A stretch of 32,034 nucleotides of DNA, taken from positions 1 to 32,034 of the forward strand of contig CBFGIY010000020.1 in the NCBI GenBank assembly GCA_965648935.1, written 5' to 3'. The number at the start of each line of letters is the position of its first letter. Position 1 is the first letter of the stretch. The position numbers and the translations under genes were made by a program. Shown here in pieces: positions 17,042 to 26,173 of this stretch. The stretch comes from a candidate division WOR-3 bacterium (GTDB taxonomy: Bacteria; Hydrothermota; Tepidihabitantia; Tepidihabitantales; Tepidihabitantaceae). The notes below the pieces were generated by a model, which saw only the letters and a list, made by a program, of their open reading frames with translations, was not told the DNA's origin and searched no databases.

Positions 17042-17970
17042 GGCTGAACCATCCTTTCACCGGGCTTGAGCCGGTATCCGTGGATGAAGTCTGTCCCGCA
17101 GACGGTCTTGCCGCCTTCAGGGCGCAACTCGAGCAGCTCAACGGCGGTATCGGCGCAGGCAACCGTGAGGCTGCCGCACTCGACCATGACTGTTCCGGGC
17201 GGGCCTGTGGCAGACTGTGCGACCGGACGGGAGCGCAACAGGACGAGCCGGCGGCCGCGCAGGGCGGTTACCGCGCCGGGTTCGGGCGAAAGCGCGCGGA
17301 TGAGATTGTGGACCCGCGCGGCAGGGCGGTTCCAGTCCACGGCGCGGTCGGTCTTGGTGATCTTGGGAGCGGTCGACGCGCAGGTATGGTCCTGGGGCAC
17401 GGCAGTCACCTCACCGGAAGCCATTCTGTCGACGACGGCGACAAGCAGGCGTGCCCCGGCCTCGGCAAGTCGTGCAGAGAGCTCGCCGGCCGTCTCTTCC
17501 GGACCGACCGGCGTGCGTTCCAGCGCGGCGATGGCGCCGGCGTCCACCTTGCGTTCCATCCGGATGACTGCGACGCCGGTCTCCTGGACTCCGTCCATCA
17601 GGCAACGCTGGATGGGCGCGGCGCCACGGTAGCGGGGCAATAGAGAAGGGTGAAGGTTCAACATGCCGCGGCGAGGTATCTCCAGCAGGCGACGGCGGAG
17701 GATCGAACCATAGGCGACCAAGACACCCAGTTCGGGTTGCAGCGTCACCACCAGGTTGACAAAGGCCGGGTCGTTGGGGTCGAGCGGCTGCAGCACGTTG
17801 AGCCCAATCCGGCGTGCAGCATCGTCAACCGGACTGGCGCGCAGCCGCTGGCCTCGGCCGGCCGGGCGCGGCGGCGCGGTGACCACGGCCGTGATTTCGT
17901 GGCCGGCATTGAGGAGTGCGCGCAGGCTAGGCACCGCGAACTCGGCCGTGCCGAAGAAGACTAGCCGCAT
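17038..17970 (-). CDS. fmt: methionyl-tRNA formyltransferase
   Basis: MRLVFFGTAEFA, VAYG, NLHPSLLPRYRGAAPIQ, VDAG. Confidence 0.96.
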   Translation of the reverse strand: MRLVFFGTAEFAVPSLRALLNAGHEITAVVTAPPRPAGRGQRLRASPVDDAARRIGLNVLQPLDPNDPAFVNLVVTLQPELGVLVAYGSILRRRLLEIPRRGMLNLHPSLLPRYRGAAPIQRCLMDGVQETGVAVIRMERKVDAGAIAALERTPVGPEETAGELSARLAEAGARLLVAVVDRMASGEVTAVPQDHTCASTAPKITKTDRAVDWNRPAARVHNLIRALSPEPGAVTALRGRRLVLLRSRPVAQSATGPPGTVMVECGSLTVACADTAVELLELRPEGGKTVCGTDFIHGYRLKPGERMVQP

Positions 17971-18488
17971 TCGGCCTTCTCCTGTTCCTCCAGCTCCTTG
18001 AGCCGCGCCTCAAGCATCCGCCGTCGCGTCGGGCTGATATGGTCGATGAAAAGAATGCCGTTGATGTGGTCAATCTCGTGGCAGAAGGCGCGCGCGAGCA
18101 GGCCAGTGGCCTCGTGGCGAACCGGTCTGCCGTTTTCGTCCAGACCACTGACCACCACGCGGGCCGGCCGTTCGACCACGTCGAACAGGCCGGGCAGGGA
18201 GAGGCAGCCCTCTTCGTTCTCAACACTGCCTTCACGCTCGACTACGTCCGGGTTGACCACGCAGAACGCACCGGCGCCGTCCTCGCTACCCCGCGGGTTC
18301 ACCGCGATTACCGCCAGCGGCTCGCCGATCTGGTTGGCGGCAAGGCCAACCCCGTCCTGTTCGATCATCGTCTTCTTGAGGTCTTCGAAAAGTCTCTTAA
18401 GGCCGGGTTCGATGCGCTCGATCCGGCGTGCGCGCGTGCGCAAGGCCGGATTGCCGTAGAGGACGACGCGGCGATTCCTGCCGGTCAC
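17961..18488 (-). CDS. def: peptide deformylase
   Basis: GVGLAANQIG, EGCLSLPG, HEIDHINGILF; start placed at GTG 18488 downstream of the yajC stop. Confidence 0.95.
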   Translation of the reverse strand: MTGRNRRVVLYGNPALRTRARRIERIEPGLKRLFEDLKKTMIEQDGVGLAANQIGEPLAVIAVNPRGSEDGAGAFCVVNPDVVEREGSVENEEGCLSLPGLFDVVERPARVVVSGLDENGRPVRHEATGLLARAFCHEIDHINGILFIDHISPTRRRMLEARLKELEEQEKAECG

Positions 18489-18504
18489 GAATCGGGACGG
18501 TCGG

Positions 18505-18834
18505 TTACTGCTGGGCGCCGATCTTGTAGGCGACCGAGCCCTTGTCAATCTCCAGTTCGGCGTTCTCCGCGACCTTGACGAGGAAGGTGTGTTCCTTCAC
18601 ATTGCTGATGATGCCGTGGATGCCGGAGGAGAGCACGACGCGGTCGCCGCGCTTGAGTGCCTCGAGCATCTGCTGCTGCTTTTTCTGGCGGCGCTGCTGG
18701 GGCAGGATCATCAGGAAGTAAAGCACAGCGAAGATGAGGATGATGGGCAGGAACCCGAGAATGCTGTTCATCGCGCCGCCCGCTGCCGGGGTCTGGCCCG
18801 GGGCAGCGGTCTGGGCGTGGGCGATACCGAACAT
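18505..18834 (-). CDS. yajC: preprotein translocase subunit YajC
   Basis: GGAGGT SD before ATG 18834; YFLMILPQQRRQK, LKRGDRVVLSSGIHG. Confidence 0.93.
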   Translation of the reverse strand: MFGIAHAQTAAPGQTPAAGGAMNSILGFLPIILIFAVLYFLMILPQQRRQKKQQQMLEALKRGDRVVLSSGIHGIISNVKEHTFLVKVAENAELEIDKGSVAYKIGAQQ

Positions 18835-18847
18835 CAGTGGACCTCCG

Positions 18848-19453
18848 TCATTTGGTTTCTCTGCGGTCGGCCGCATTCAGGTAGAGCCGGTGACGGCTCG
18901 CGTACCTGGCCACTGCGGTGGGTAACATATACTGCACAGAGCGGCCCGAAGCAAGCCTTGCGCGGACCGCGGCGGCCGCGATGTCTACCGGTATCACATC
19001 GATAAAGCGAACGCGCGAGCGCGGGTGCCCGGGCCAGAGCCGCGGACGCGGTGACCCGGGACGGCTGATTACCGCAAGCCGGGCGAGGCGAACGAGTTCC
19101 TCCGGCCTGTGCCAGCGCGGCATCGTGGCGTACTGGTCGGCGCCGACAATGAACCAGAGTCGGGCCCCGGGTTTCTCGTGCGCTATGGCCGCGAGGGTCT
19201 GCACTGTGTAGGAGGGCACGGGCAGTCGCTCTTCAATGTCCAACACGTCAAGCCCGGGCAGAAGTTCTGCACCCAGCCTGGTCATTGTCCGGCGATGACG
19301 GTACTCGGCAACCGGGGCGCGGCGGTGGGCCGGGGCAAAGGTGGGCACGAAGAGCACCTGGTCCAGCCCGAGCTGGCCGCGGACGTCGTCGGCCGCGAGC
19401 AGGTGACCAAGGTGAAAAGGGTCGAAAGCACCGCCGAAAATGCCGAGCCGCAT
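18848..19453 (-). CDS. nadD: nicotinate-nucleotide adenylyltransferase
   Basis: MRLGIFGGAFDPFHLGH, SYTVQTL, FIVGAD, W. Confidence 0.92.
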   Translation of the reverse strand: MRLGIFGGAFDPFHLGHLLAADDVRGQLGLDQVLFVPTFAPAHRRAPVAEYRHRRTMTRLGAELLPGLDVLDIEERLPVPSYTVQTLAAIAHEKPGARLWFIVGADQYATMPRWHRPEELVRLARLAVISRPGSPRPRLWPGHPRSRVRFIDVIPVDIAAAAVRARLASGRSVQYMLPTAVARYASRHRLYLNAADRRETK

Positions 19454-19460
19454 GGCGGCC

Positions 19461-20207
19461 CTAGCGCAAGGGCCTGAGCCGGGACCGGGCCTGCTCCCTG
19501 GCGGCGTCGTCAAACGGGCCTTCAAGTATCGCCTCGAAGACCCGGCGCGCGCGCGCAGTGTCGCCGGTTCCCAGCAGGGCGATACCGTACTGCACCCGGT
19601 CGAGGCCGGTCCATCTCATCCCGGGCCGGTCAGCTTCGAGGTAATCGTAGTAGACCAGGGCCGAGCGATACTCGCCTGCCTTGAAGTAGAGCCGGGCTGC
19701 GGCCAGTTCTTTGGCCGCGAGGCGTTCTTCGATGGCCGCGGCCAGCGATTCGGCCCTGGGCGCGAGCGGTGATTCCGGGTATTCCTCGAGAAATTCGGCG
19801 ACTATCGCGCGAGCCTTGAGCGCGCGGGACTGGTCGCGTGCCGCGGGCGGCGCCGCTCTGAAAGCTGCGTCGGCGAGCTTGAAGTTCGCCTCCTCGCGGT
19901 AGCGCGCGTTGGGGAAGTTCTTGAGGTAGAAGTCGAACTCGGTCTGGGCCTGATCGTAGTCCTTGTTGCGGTAGTGGGTCTCGGCCAGCCAGTACTGGGC
20001 GTCGGCGGCCTGGCGCGAGCCTGGGTAGTTGAAGATGACGAAGGTGAACGCTTCGGTCGCGGGCTTGTACCGGCCGGCTTCGAGATGTTCGATCGCGCGC
20101 TCAAGCGCCTCGGCCGCATCCGCCGGAAGCGGTGCCCGGGCCTGGCGCTTGGGACAGGCGACAAAGAGCACCAGCGCGGCGAGCAGCAGGCGCAGCGCGC
20201 GGCTCAG
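19461..20207 (-). CDS. bamD: outer membrane protein assembly factor BamD (TPR lipoprotein), probable CTG start
   Basis: TPR helices ([21 protein letters not shown]), [19 protein letters not shown] complete lipoprotein signal ([18 protein letters not shown]) exists only if translation starts at CTG 20207, preceded by GGAGG. Confidence 0.85.
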   Translation of the reverse strand: MSRALRLLLAALVLFVACPKRQARAPLPADAAEALERAIEHLEAGRYKPATEAFTFVIFNYPGSRQAADAQYWLAETHYRNKDYDQAQTEFDFYLKNFPNARYREEANFKLADAAFRAAPPAARDQSRALKARAIVAEFLEEYPESPLAPRAESLAAAIEERLAAKELAAARLYFKAGEYRSALVYYDYLEADRPGMRWTGLDRVQYGIALLGTGDTARARRVFEAILEGPFDDAAREQARSRLRPLR

Positions 20208-21031
20208 ATTGCCTCCACGACCGCGGCAACCAGCCGGGTGAGTCTCGGTTCGGCCTCGGCCGCGACGCGCAAAACCTCGGGCAGGTCCACCGCGTGCAGC
20301 GCGTCGGGCAGGCCCATGTCGGTTACGACCGAGAAGCCGAGCACGCGTAGCCCCGAGTGGCGGGCCACGATGACCTCGGGCACGGTGGACATTCCGACGA
20401 GGTCGGCGCCGATAGTTCTGATGTAGCGGTACTCCGCCGCGGTTTCGAGGTTGGGGCCGGTGACCCAGGCATAGACGCCGCGGCGCAGGGCGATGCCCAA
20501 GCGCAGCGCGGTCGACTCGGCCAGGTCCACCAGTGCCGGGGTGTAGACCTCGAACATGTCCGGGAATCGCGGGCCGAGGCTGTCGTCGTTGGGCCCGCGC
20601 AGCGGGTTGTGGCCGGTCAGGTTGATGTGGTCGGTGATGGCCACGATGTCGCCGGCGCGGAACTGGGGATTGACGCCGCCGGCCGCATTGGACACGACCA
20701 GCGTCGAGATGCCCAGCGCCTTGAGCACGCGCACGGGCAGGGTTATCTGCGCAGTATCGTAGCCCTCGTAGTAGTGGTACCGCCCCTGCATCACCGCGAC
20801 GCGGCGCCCGGACAGCCGGCCGAGTATGAGCCGGCCGCGGTGGCTCTCAACCGTGGGCGCGGGGAAGTTGGGAATGTCGGAGTAGGGTATCGTCGTGTCG
20901 GCCTCGACCTCTGTGGCGAGGCGGCCCAGGCCTGTGCCCAGGATTATGCCGACTTCGGGTTCGAACCCGGACCTACTCCGGATCGCCTGCAGGCTCTGCT
21001 GTATCAGCTGGCTCGTCGGAGTCGTCGGCAT
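20204..21031 (-). CDS. punA: purine-nucleoside phosphorylase (trimeric PNP family)
   Basis: [48 protein letters not shown]; start at ATG 21031. Confidence 0.93.
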   Translation of the reverse strand: MPTTPTSQLIQQSLQAIRSRSGFEPEVGIILGTGLGRLATEVEADTTIPYSDIPNFPAPTVESHRGRLILGRLSGRRVAVMQGRYHYYEGYDTAQITLPVRVLKALGISTLVVSNAAGGVNPQFRAGDIVAITDHINLTGHNPLRGPNDDSLGPRFPDMFEVYTPALVDLAESTALRLGIALRRGVYAWVTGPNLETAAEYRYIRTIGADLVGMSTVPEVIVARHSGLRVLGFSVVTDMGLPDALHAVDLPEVLRVAAEAEPRLTRLVAAVVEAI

Positions 21032-21494
21032 CTTCGATGTCTTCCGGCTTGCTCTCGAGGCTCTTTGCGAGCGAAAGATAGGTCCGCGCGACTGCGGCAA
21101 TCTCGTGGATGAGCGCAGCGCGCCGTGCAGTGAGGCCGCGCACCTGTCCGCGGATCCGGTCGGCATCGCGTCGGGCATCGAGCAGCATCTGTTCGGCCTT
21201 GAGCCGCGCGTCGTTCTCGATGCTGCGGGCGTCGCGCTCGGCCGATTCGCGCAGCTCGCCGGTCGCCTTCTGGGCGGTCACCAGCGTGTCCTGGAGCAGC
21301 TTCTCGGTGCGCTCGTAGGTCGCGATGCGGGCGAGCAGCTCCTCGACCTTTTCGCTCAGCTCGGCGCGCTCGCGGCGCAGGTCCTCGATTTCGGCGGCGA
21401 CTGCGTTCAGGAACTCGCGCACCTCTTCCGGTGCCCAGCCGCGCAGTGCGCGACCGAATTCCTTCTTGCGAATTTCAATCGGGGTAAGCGGCAT
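20973..21494 (-). CDS. DivIVA-domain protein
   Basis: [20 protein letters not shown]...EV..FL N-terminal DivIVA motif; coiled coil with TLVTAQK. Confidence 0.92.
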   Translation of the reverse strand: MPLTPIEIRKKEFGRALRGWAPEEVREFLNAVAAEIEDLRRERAELSEKVEELLARIATYERTEKLLQDTLVTAQKATGELRESAERDARSIENDARLKAEQMLLDARRDADRIRGQVRGLTARRAALIHEIAAVARTYLSLAKSLESKPEDIEDADDSDEPADTAEPAGDPE

Positions 21495-21500
21495 GGCCCG

Positions 21501-21528
21501 ATTCTAGTTGCACCGGCAGGGGAGTCAA
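21501..21528 (-). promoter_or_regulatory. promoter of the divIVA...ffh run (predicts leaderless mRNA)
   Basis: Minus strand TTGACT (21528-21523), 16 bp, TAGAAT (21506-21501), 6 nt, then ATG 21494; no SD. Confidence 0.7.
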
Positions 21529-21538
21529 GGCGACGCTG

Positions 21539-22720
21539 TCAGGCCGCCTCCAGCGCGCGCACGAGGTCGGCGACGATGTCCTCCACGGCTTCGATGCCGA
21601 CCGAGAGCCGGATGAGCCCGTCCGTTATCTTCGCCTGGCGCCGCAGGTCAGCCGGCATCGTTGCATGCGTCATTGACGCCGGGTGCTGTATGAGGGTCTC
21701 GACCCCGCCGAGGCTGACCGCCAGAGCGCAGAGTCGAGTGGAATTTATCAGCCGCACGCCGGCGTCGAGCCCGCCCTTCAGCTCGAAGCTGATCATCGCG
21801 CCCGGTCCCGATGCCTGGCGGCGGTGCAGGTCGTATTGCGGATGGCTGGCGAGGCCCGGGAAGGCGACCCAGTCGACCTTAGGATGCGTCGACAGAATCT
21901 CGGCGACGCGCTGGGCATTGGCGCACTGACGTTCGATGCGCAGGGCCAGGGTCTTGATGCCGCGGTGGACGAGGAAGGCCTCGAACGGCGCCAGCGTTCC
22001 GCCGAGGTGGTTCAGGGTCTTGCGCAGCGGCGCGTAGTCGGCCGCGTCCCTGGTGACGATGGCGCCGCCGACCACATCGGCGTGGCCGTTCAATGACTTG
22101 GTGAGCGAGTGAACCACGAAGTCGGCGCCCAGGGCGAGAGGTTTTTGCAGGGCCGGGCCCATGAAGGTGTTGTCGACCGCGAGACGGATGCCGCGCTCGT
22201 GGCAGATTGCGGCGATCGCGGCGATGTCCGAAACCACCAGCGTCGGATTGCCCGGGGTTTCGACGAACACGAGCCTGGTTTCAGGCCTGATGGCCGACCG
22301 CACCGCGTGCAGGTCCGAGGTGTCGACCATCGTGAAGTTGATGCCGAGCCGGCCAAGGACGCTTGTCAGCAGGCTTGCGGTCGCGCCGTAGACCGACTCC
22401 GAGCAGACGAGGTGCTCGCCCGATGAAACCAGGCCGGTGATGAGGGTGCTGATGGCGGCCATGCCTGATGAGCAGGCCAGGCCGTGACTGCCGCCTTCGA
22501 GTTCGGCAAGACAGTCCTCCAGGGCCCGCACGGTCGGGTTGAGCAGCCGGGAGTAGATGTAGCCTTCCTCCTTGCCCGCGAACAGGTCGGCGCCGTGCCG
22601 GGCGTCGCGGAAGCGGAAGGTCGAGGATGCGACTATCGGCACAACGAGCGGGCCGGCGCCCTCGTGAGGCTGGCCCGAGTGAACGCAGAGCGTTCTGAAG
22701 TCCTTAGGTGTATGGCTCAC
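21539..22720 (-). CDS. PLP-dependent Cys/Met metabolism lyase (methionine gamma-lyase / cystathionine gamma-lyase family)
   Basis: YIYSRLLNPT, SSGMAAI, ETPGNPT, DNTF, VHSLTKSLNGH (PLP Lys), AVSLGGVETL, IRLSVGIE; AAAGGAG SD before GTG 22720. Confidence 0.9.
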   Translation of the reverse strand: MSHTPKDFRTLCVHSGQPHEGAGPLVVPIVASSTFRFRDARHGADLFAGKEEGYIYSRLLNPTVRALEDCLAELEGGSHGLACSSGMAAISTLITGLVSSGEHLVCSESVYGATASLLTSVLGRLGINFTMVDTSDLHAVRSAIRPETRLVFVETPGNPTLVVSDIAAIAAICHERGIRLAVDNTFMGPALQKPLALGADFVVHSLTKSLNGHADVVGGAIVTRDAADYAPLRKTLNHLGGTLAPFEAFLVHRGIKTLALRIERQCANAQRVAEILSTHPKVDWVAFPGLASHPQYDLHRRQASGPGAMISFELKGGLDAGVRLINSTRLCALAVSLGGVETLIQHPASMTHATMPADLRRQAKITDGLIRLSVGIEAVEDIVADLVRALEAA

Positions 22721-22832
22721 GGCTGCTCCTTTTCTCTGACGCAAGTCGGGGTGGGTATCATCGGCTGATTCCGGTCGGCTGTCAACATCGAAGCCCGCGG
22801 GCAGCGCACTTGATAGCGCCTGGCATCACGGC

Positions 22833-22860
22833 TTGACTCACGCAAGGCCGGGCCTATGCT
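22833..22860 (+). promoter_or_regulatory. promoter of the histidine kinase / PorX-like operon
   Basis: TTGACT (22833-22838), 16 bp, TATGCT (22855-22860). If real, the kinase cannot start at GTG 22861, and TTG 22882 is the next in-frame candidate. Confidence 0.6.
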
Positions 22861-24174
22861 GTGTTTGATACCTTAACGTTTTTGAACCGCTCTCGTTTCA
22901 AGTTCGGGCCGCGGCTGCTGCAGCTTTACTTTGTAGCCGGGCTCCTGGCGCTGGCCGGGGTCTGGTTTTTCTATTCCCAGGTGGTGCTGATGCGGTTGTC
23001 GCGCCTGTGGGACCGCTACGCCCGAACCCTTTCGGTGGAGCTGGAGAACGACACCCAGCTCCGGTCGCGGCTCTACGCGAAGTTCATGAGCCGCGCCACC
23101 GAGCCGTCCGAGTCCGGCTCTCCCGAGCTGGACATAATCTTCGAAGAGGTAATCAAGAAGCTGGACTTTCCCGTGGTCATTACGGATGCAAGGGGCGTGG
23201 CGACTTCGCACCGCAACTTGCCGGTTGATGACCCGGATTCGGCCCAGCTTGCCGCCATAGTCATCGAACTTGACCGGGAGCACGACCCGGTTCCGCTGAC
23301 CGTGGCGGACAGCGAGTCCACCCGCTACCTCGGCGAGATTCACTATGGCGTGTCCGGTTCGACGATCATCCTGCGCCGGATAAATGCCGACCTTGCCGCA
23401 TCGGTGCGCTCGGTGCGGCTGTTCTCGGTGTTCCAGTTGCTCCTGCTTGTCGGGTTCATCGCGGTCGGGGTGTGGGGGATACTCGCCTACAAGCGGCGCG
23501 AGCAGGAGCATATCTGGACCGCGCTGGCCAAGGAGACCGCTCACCAGATGGCCACGCCGCTGTCGTCCTTTGCCGCGTGGCTTGATGTTATCCGTGCGCG
23601 CGGCGGGGGTGAGGTTGTCGGAGAGATGGAAGCCGACCTCGACCGGATGCGCGTCATACTGGAGCGGTTCAGCCGCATCGGCCTGCCGCCCGAGCTTTCG
23701 CCCCAGCGCATCGGCGCGGCAATCGAGCGCTCGGTCGCCTTTGTCCGGCGGCGCTCGCCCCGGACCGTGCGGTTCGCGGTCGAACTGGGCGCGGACGAAC
23801 CGGTCCGCGTCGACGAGGTTCTGTTCGCCTGGATGCTGGAGAACCTGTTGCGGAACTCGGTCGACGCCATCGGCACGCGCGAAGGCGAGGTCGTGGTGCG
23901 CACTGCGCTCACCGCGGACCGGCGCCAGATGGAGATCGAGGTCACCGACTCGGGAGAAGGAGTCAAACTCGACCGGCTGTTCGAGCCGGGCGTGACGACC
24001 AAGAAGCACGGCTGGGGCGTGGGTCTGACCCTGGCCAAGCGCATAGTCGAAAGCTACCATTCCGGCAGCCTGATACTGAAAGAGACCCGACCGGGCAGGA
24101 CCGTGTTTTCGATCTTCCTCCCGGTCGCGTCGGACGGTTCGGAACAGCAGACGGCAAGGGCAGGTGGCGCATGA
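22861..24174 (+). CDS. membrane sensor histidine kinase
   Basis: Two TM segments flanking a sensor domain; H-box AKETAHQMATPLSS, N-box ENLLRNSVDA, DSGEG, FEPGVTTK, GWGVGLT; start uncertain (22861 or 22882). Confidence 0.93.
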   Translation: MFDTLTFLNRSRFKFGPRLLQLYFVAGLLALAGVWFFYSQVVLMRLSRLWDRYARTLSVELENDTQLRSRLYAKFMSRATEPSESGSPELDIIFEEVIKKLDFPVVITDARGVATSHRNLPVDDPDSAQLAAIVIELDREHDPVPLTVADSESTRYLGEIHYGVSGSTIILRRINADLAASVRSVRLFSVFQLLLLVGFIAVGVWGILAYKRREQEHIWTALAKETAHQMATPLSSFAAWLDVIRARGGGEVVGEMEADLDRMRVILERFSRIGLPPELSPQRIGAAIERSVAFVRRRSPRTVRFAVELGADEPVRVDEVLFAWMLENLLRNSVDAIGTREGEVVVRTALTADRRQMEIEVTDSGEGVKLDRLFEPGVTTKKHGWGVGLTLAKRIVESYHSGSLILKETRPGRTVFSIFLPVASDGSEQQTARAGGA

Positions 24175-25679
24175 GGATTCTCTGGATCGACGACGAGATC
24201 GATATGTTCCGACCGTTCGTATACGCGCTCAAGGACAAGGGTTACACGGTCGAGACGGCGACCAACGGCCCGGACGGACTGGAGCTGCTCAAGTCGCGCG
24301 ACTTCGACCTCGTGCTGCTCGACGAGATAATGACCGGTATGGACGGGCTCGAGGTGCTGACCCGGCTCAAGGCGGCCGACCCCAACCTTCAGGTCGCGAT
24401 GGTCACCAAGTCGGACGAGGAGATGCTGATAAACGAAGCGTACGGCAAGCTCGTCGACGACTTCATTATCAAACCTTTCACCCCGGCTCAGCTCCTGGCT
24501 GTGGTCAAGCGTCTGCTGGAGAAGCAGCGGCTCGTTGCCGGCCGCATCGGCGCCGAGTACATGGCCGCAACCAGCCGGGATCGCGAGGCGCGCGACTGGG
24601 CCGGCTGGGTCGAGCTCTACCGCAACTTCCTGCACTGGCAGCGGCTGCTCGGCCGGTACGGTGACGCGGCGCTTGAGGACGTGCAGGTCGACCGCCGGCG
24701 CGAAACCAACGAGCTGTTCTGCCGCTACGTTGAGGACAACTACCGCGGCTGGCTGAGCGGGTCCGGTCCGGTGATGTCCCACCGGTTCATCGAAACCTTC
24801 GTCCAGCCGCTGTGGGCCGACGGGCCGGTGTATCTCGTGGTGCTCGACTCGATGCGCCTGGACCAGTGGGACGCGCTCGTGCCGCTGCTGCGGGACCACT
24901 TCGCTGTCGAGACCCGCGAGTACTGCTCGATACTGCCCTCGGCCACGCCGTATTCGCGAAACGCCATCTTCAGCGGGATGCTGCCGCTGGAGATTGCCCG
25001 GCGCTATCCCAAGTTGTGGGTGTATGAGGAGACCGGGCAGAATCGCCACGAGGCGCAGTTGCTGGAGGGCCTGCTGGAACGGCTGCGCATGGGCGGCCGC
25101 TTCGCCTACGTCAAGATTGCCCGCGGCGAGGAGCTTGAGGCGGCGCGTTCGACCCTGCTTGACCGGGGCGTGCGCTTCACCGCTGTCGTGGTGAACTTTC
25201 TCGACCTGCTCATACACACCGTGCGCCAGACCCGGCTGCTTGATGAGATAATGCCCGATGACGCGGCGCTGGTCGGGCTGACCCGGGTCTGGTTCGCGTC
25301 GTCGCCGGTGCTGGAGTTTCTCAAGACCCTGGCCCGGCGCGGGGCGCGCGTGGTCATTACCTCGGACCACGGCTTCGTGCGCGTGCGCCGACCCACGCTC
25401 ATCTACGGTTCTCGTGAGATATCGGCCAACTTGCGGTACAAGTACGGCGGCGCGCTGCGCGTCGACGAGCGCGACGCTGTGCTGCTCGCCCGGCCCGAGG
25501 ACTGGCAGTTGCCGGTTGAGGTGAGCACCAGCAAGTTCGCCATCGCCAAGTCCGACCATTACTTCATCTACCCGACCAAGCCGCGGGAATACGAGAAGAC
25601 GTACAAGCACACACTCCAGCACGGCGGGATGTCGCTGGAAGAGATGATAGTCCCGGTCGCGACCCTGCGGCCGAGGTGA
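24171..25679 (+). CDS. PorX-like response regulator: receiver domain + PglZ/alkaline-phosphatase-superfamily domain
   Basis: REC: WIDDE, LLDEIM, MVTKS, IIKP. PglZ: VLDSMRLDQW, ILPSATPYSRNAIF, NFLDLLIH, ITSDHG, QHGGMSLEEMIVP. ATGA overlap with the kinase. Confidence 0.92.
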   Translation: MRILWIDDEIDMFRPFVYALKDKGYTVETATNGPDGLELLKSRDFDLVLLDEIMTGMDGLEVLTRLKAADPNLQVAMVTKSDEEMLINEAYGKLVDDFIIKPFTPAQLLAVVKRLLEKQRLVAGRIGAEYMAATSRDREARDWAGWVELYRNFLHWQRLLGRYGDAALEDVQVDRRRETNELFCRYVEDNYRGWLSGSGPVMSHRFIETFVQPLWADGPVYLVVLDSMRLDQWDALVPLLRDHFAVETREYCSILPSATPYSRNAIFSGMLPLEIARRYPKLWVYEETGQNRHEAQLLEGLLERLRMGGRFAYVKIARGEELEAARSTLLDRGVRFTAVVVNFLDLLIHTVRQTRLLDEIMPDDAALVGLTRVWFASSPVLEFLKTLARRGARVVITSDHGFVRVRRPTLIYGSREISANLRYKYGGALRVDERDAVLLARPEDWQLPVEVSTSKFAIAKSDHYFIYPTKPREYEKTYKHTLQHGGMSLEEMIVPVATLRPR

Positions 25680-26173
25680 CGCAGTCTCGGGACGCAATCG
25701 CCCTGCCAACTTCCTCCATACGAGCGAGCGCGTGTTTGCATGCTGGCGTGGCTTCGGCCCAAGCGCGGGCAGGGCGTGCCGGGAGAAGCGGCCTGATACC
25801 ATATGTAGCGGGGGGAGTGACTCCGGGGGTCAACCGGTAGTGAAGATGTCTGACAAGCGACGCGGCAAGCGGTGATACGAGGCAGGGCGCAAGCCCGCGG
25901 GTAAGCGTTGTCTCGATGCAGGGTTCGAGTGCGAAGTTGAACCCCCTAGCAAGTTACGCGTTCAACTGGCGGAAAAGTCAGGGGTTGGGACCGCGGTCTG
26001 CTGCGGTTGTGATCCCGGCGCAGATGCTGCAGGAAAGCCGTGGTACGGACGCGGGGTTCGCTTGCGCGTCGGATGCCTGGTTCGTGGTCTGGGTGCCGGT
26101 TCAGGGTGGTGGCGGCCCCCGAAAATGGCTGCTGCTTTCTTCTGCCGGCGGCCGTCAGCCGGCAGTCGTCCTG

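Noticed and set aside
22757..22785. Minus-strand TTGACA upstream of the PLP lyase
   Set aside because: Best -10 (GATGAT at 17 bp) is weak; plausible but not called as a feature
24054..25802. 582-aa minus-strand ORF
   Set aside because: Antisense shadow of the PorX-like gene; no recognisable motifs, typical of high-GC coding DNA
25811..26060. tmRNA/tRNA/RNase P-like fragments (GGGGG start, GGTTCGA, GGAAAAGTC, AGGAAAG)
   Set aside because: No cloverleaf or acceptor stem with CCA, and no GAGGAAAGTCC with matching 3' P4 strand
26126..26148. Minus-strand GGCAGAAGAAAGCAGCAGCC resembling SRP RNA domain IV
   Set aside because: Lacks the upstream CAGG and the GNRA-capped helix required for 4.5S RNA
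25680..26173. Possible replication origin
   Set aside because: No DnaA boxes (TTATCCACA-like) and no AT-rich unwinding element seen
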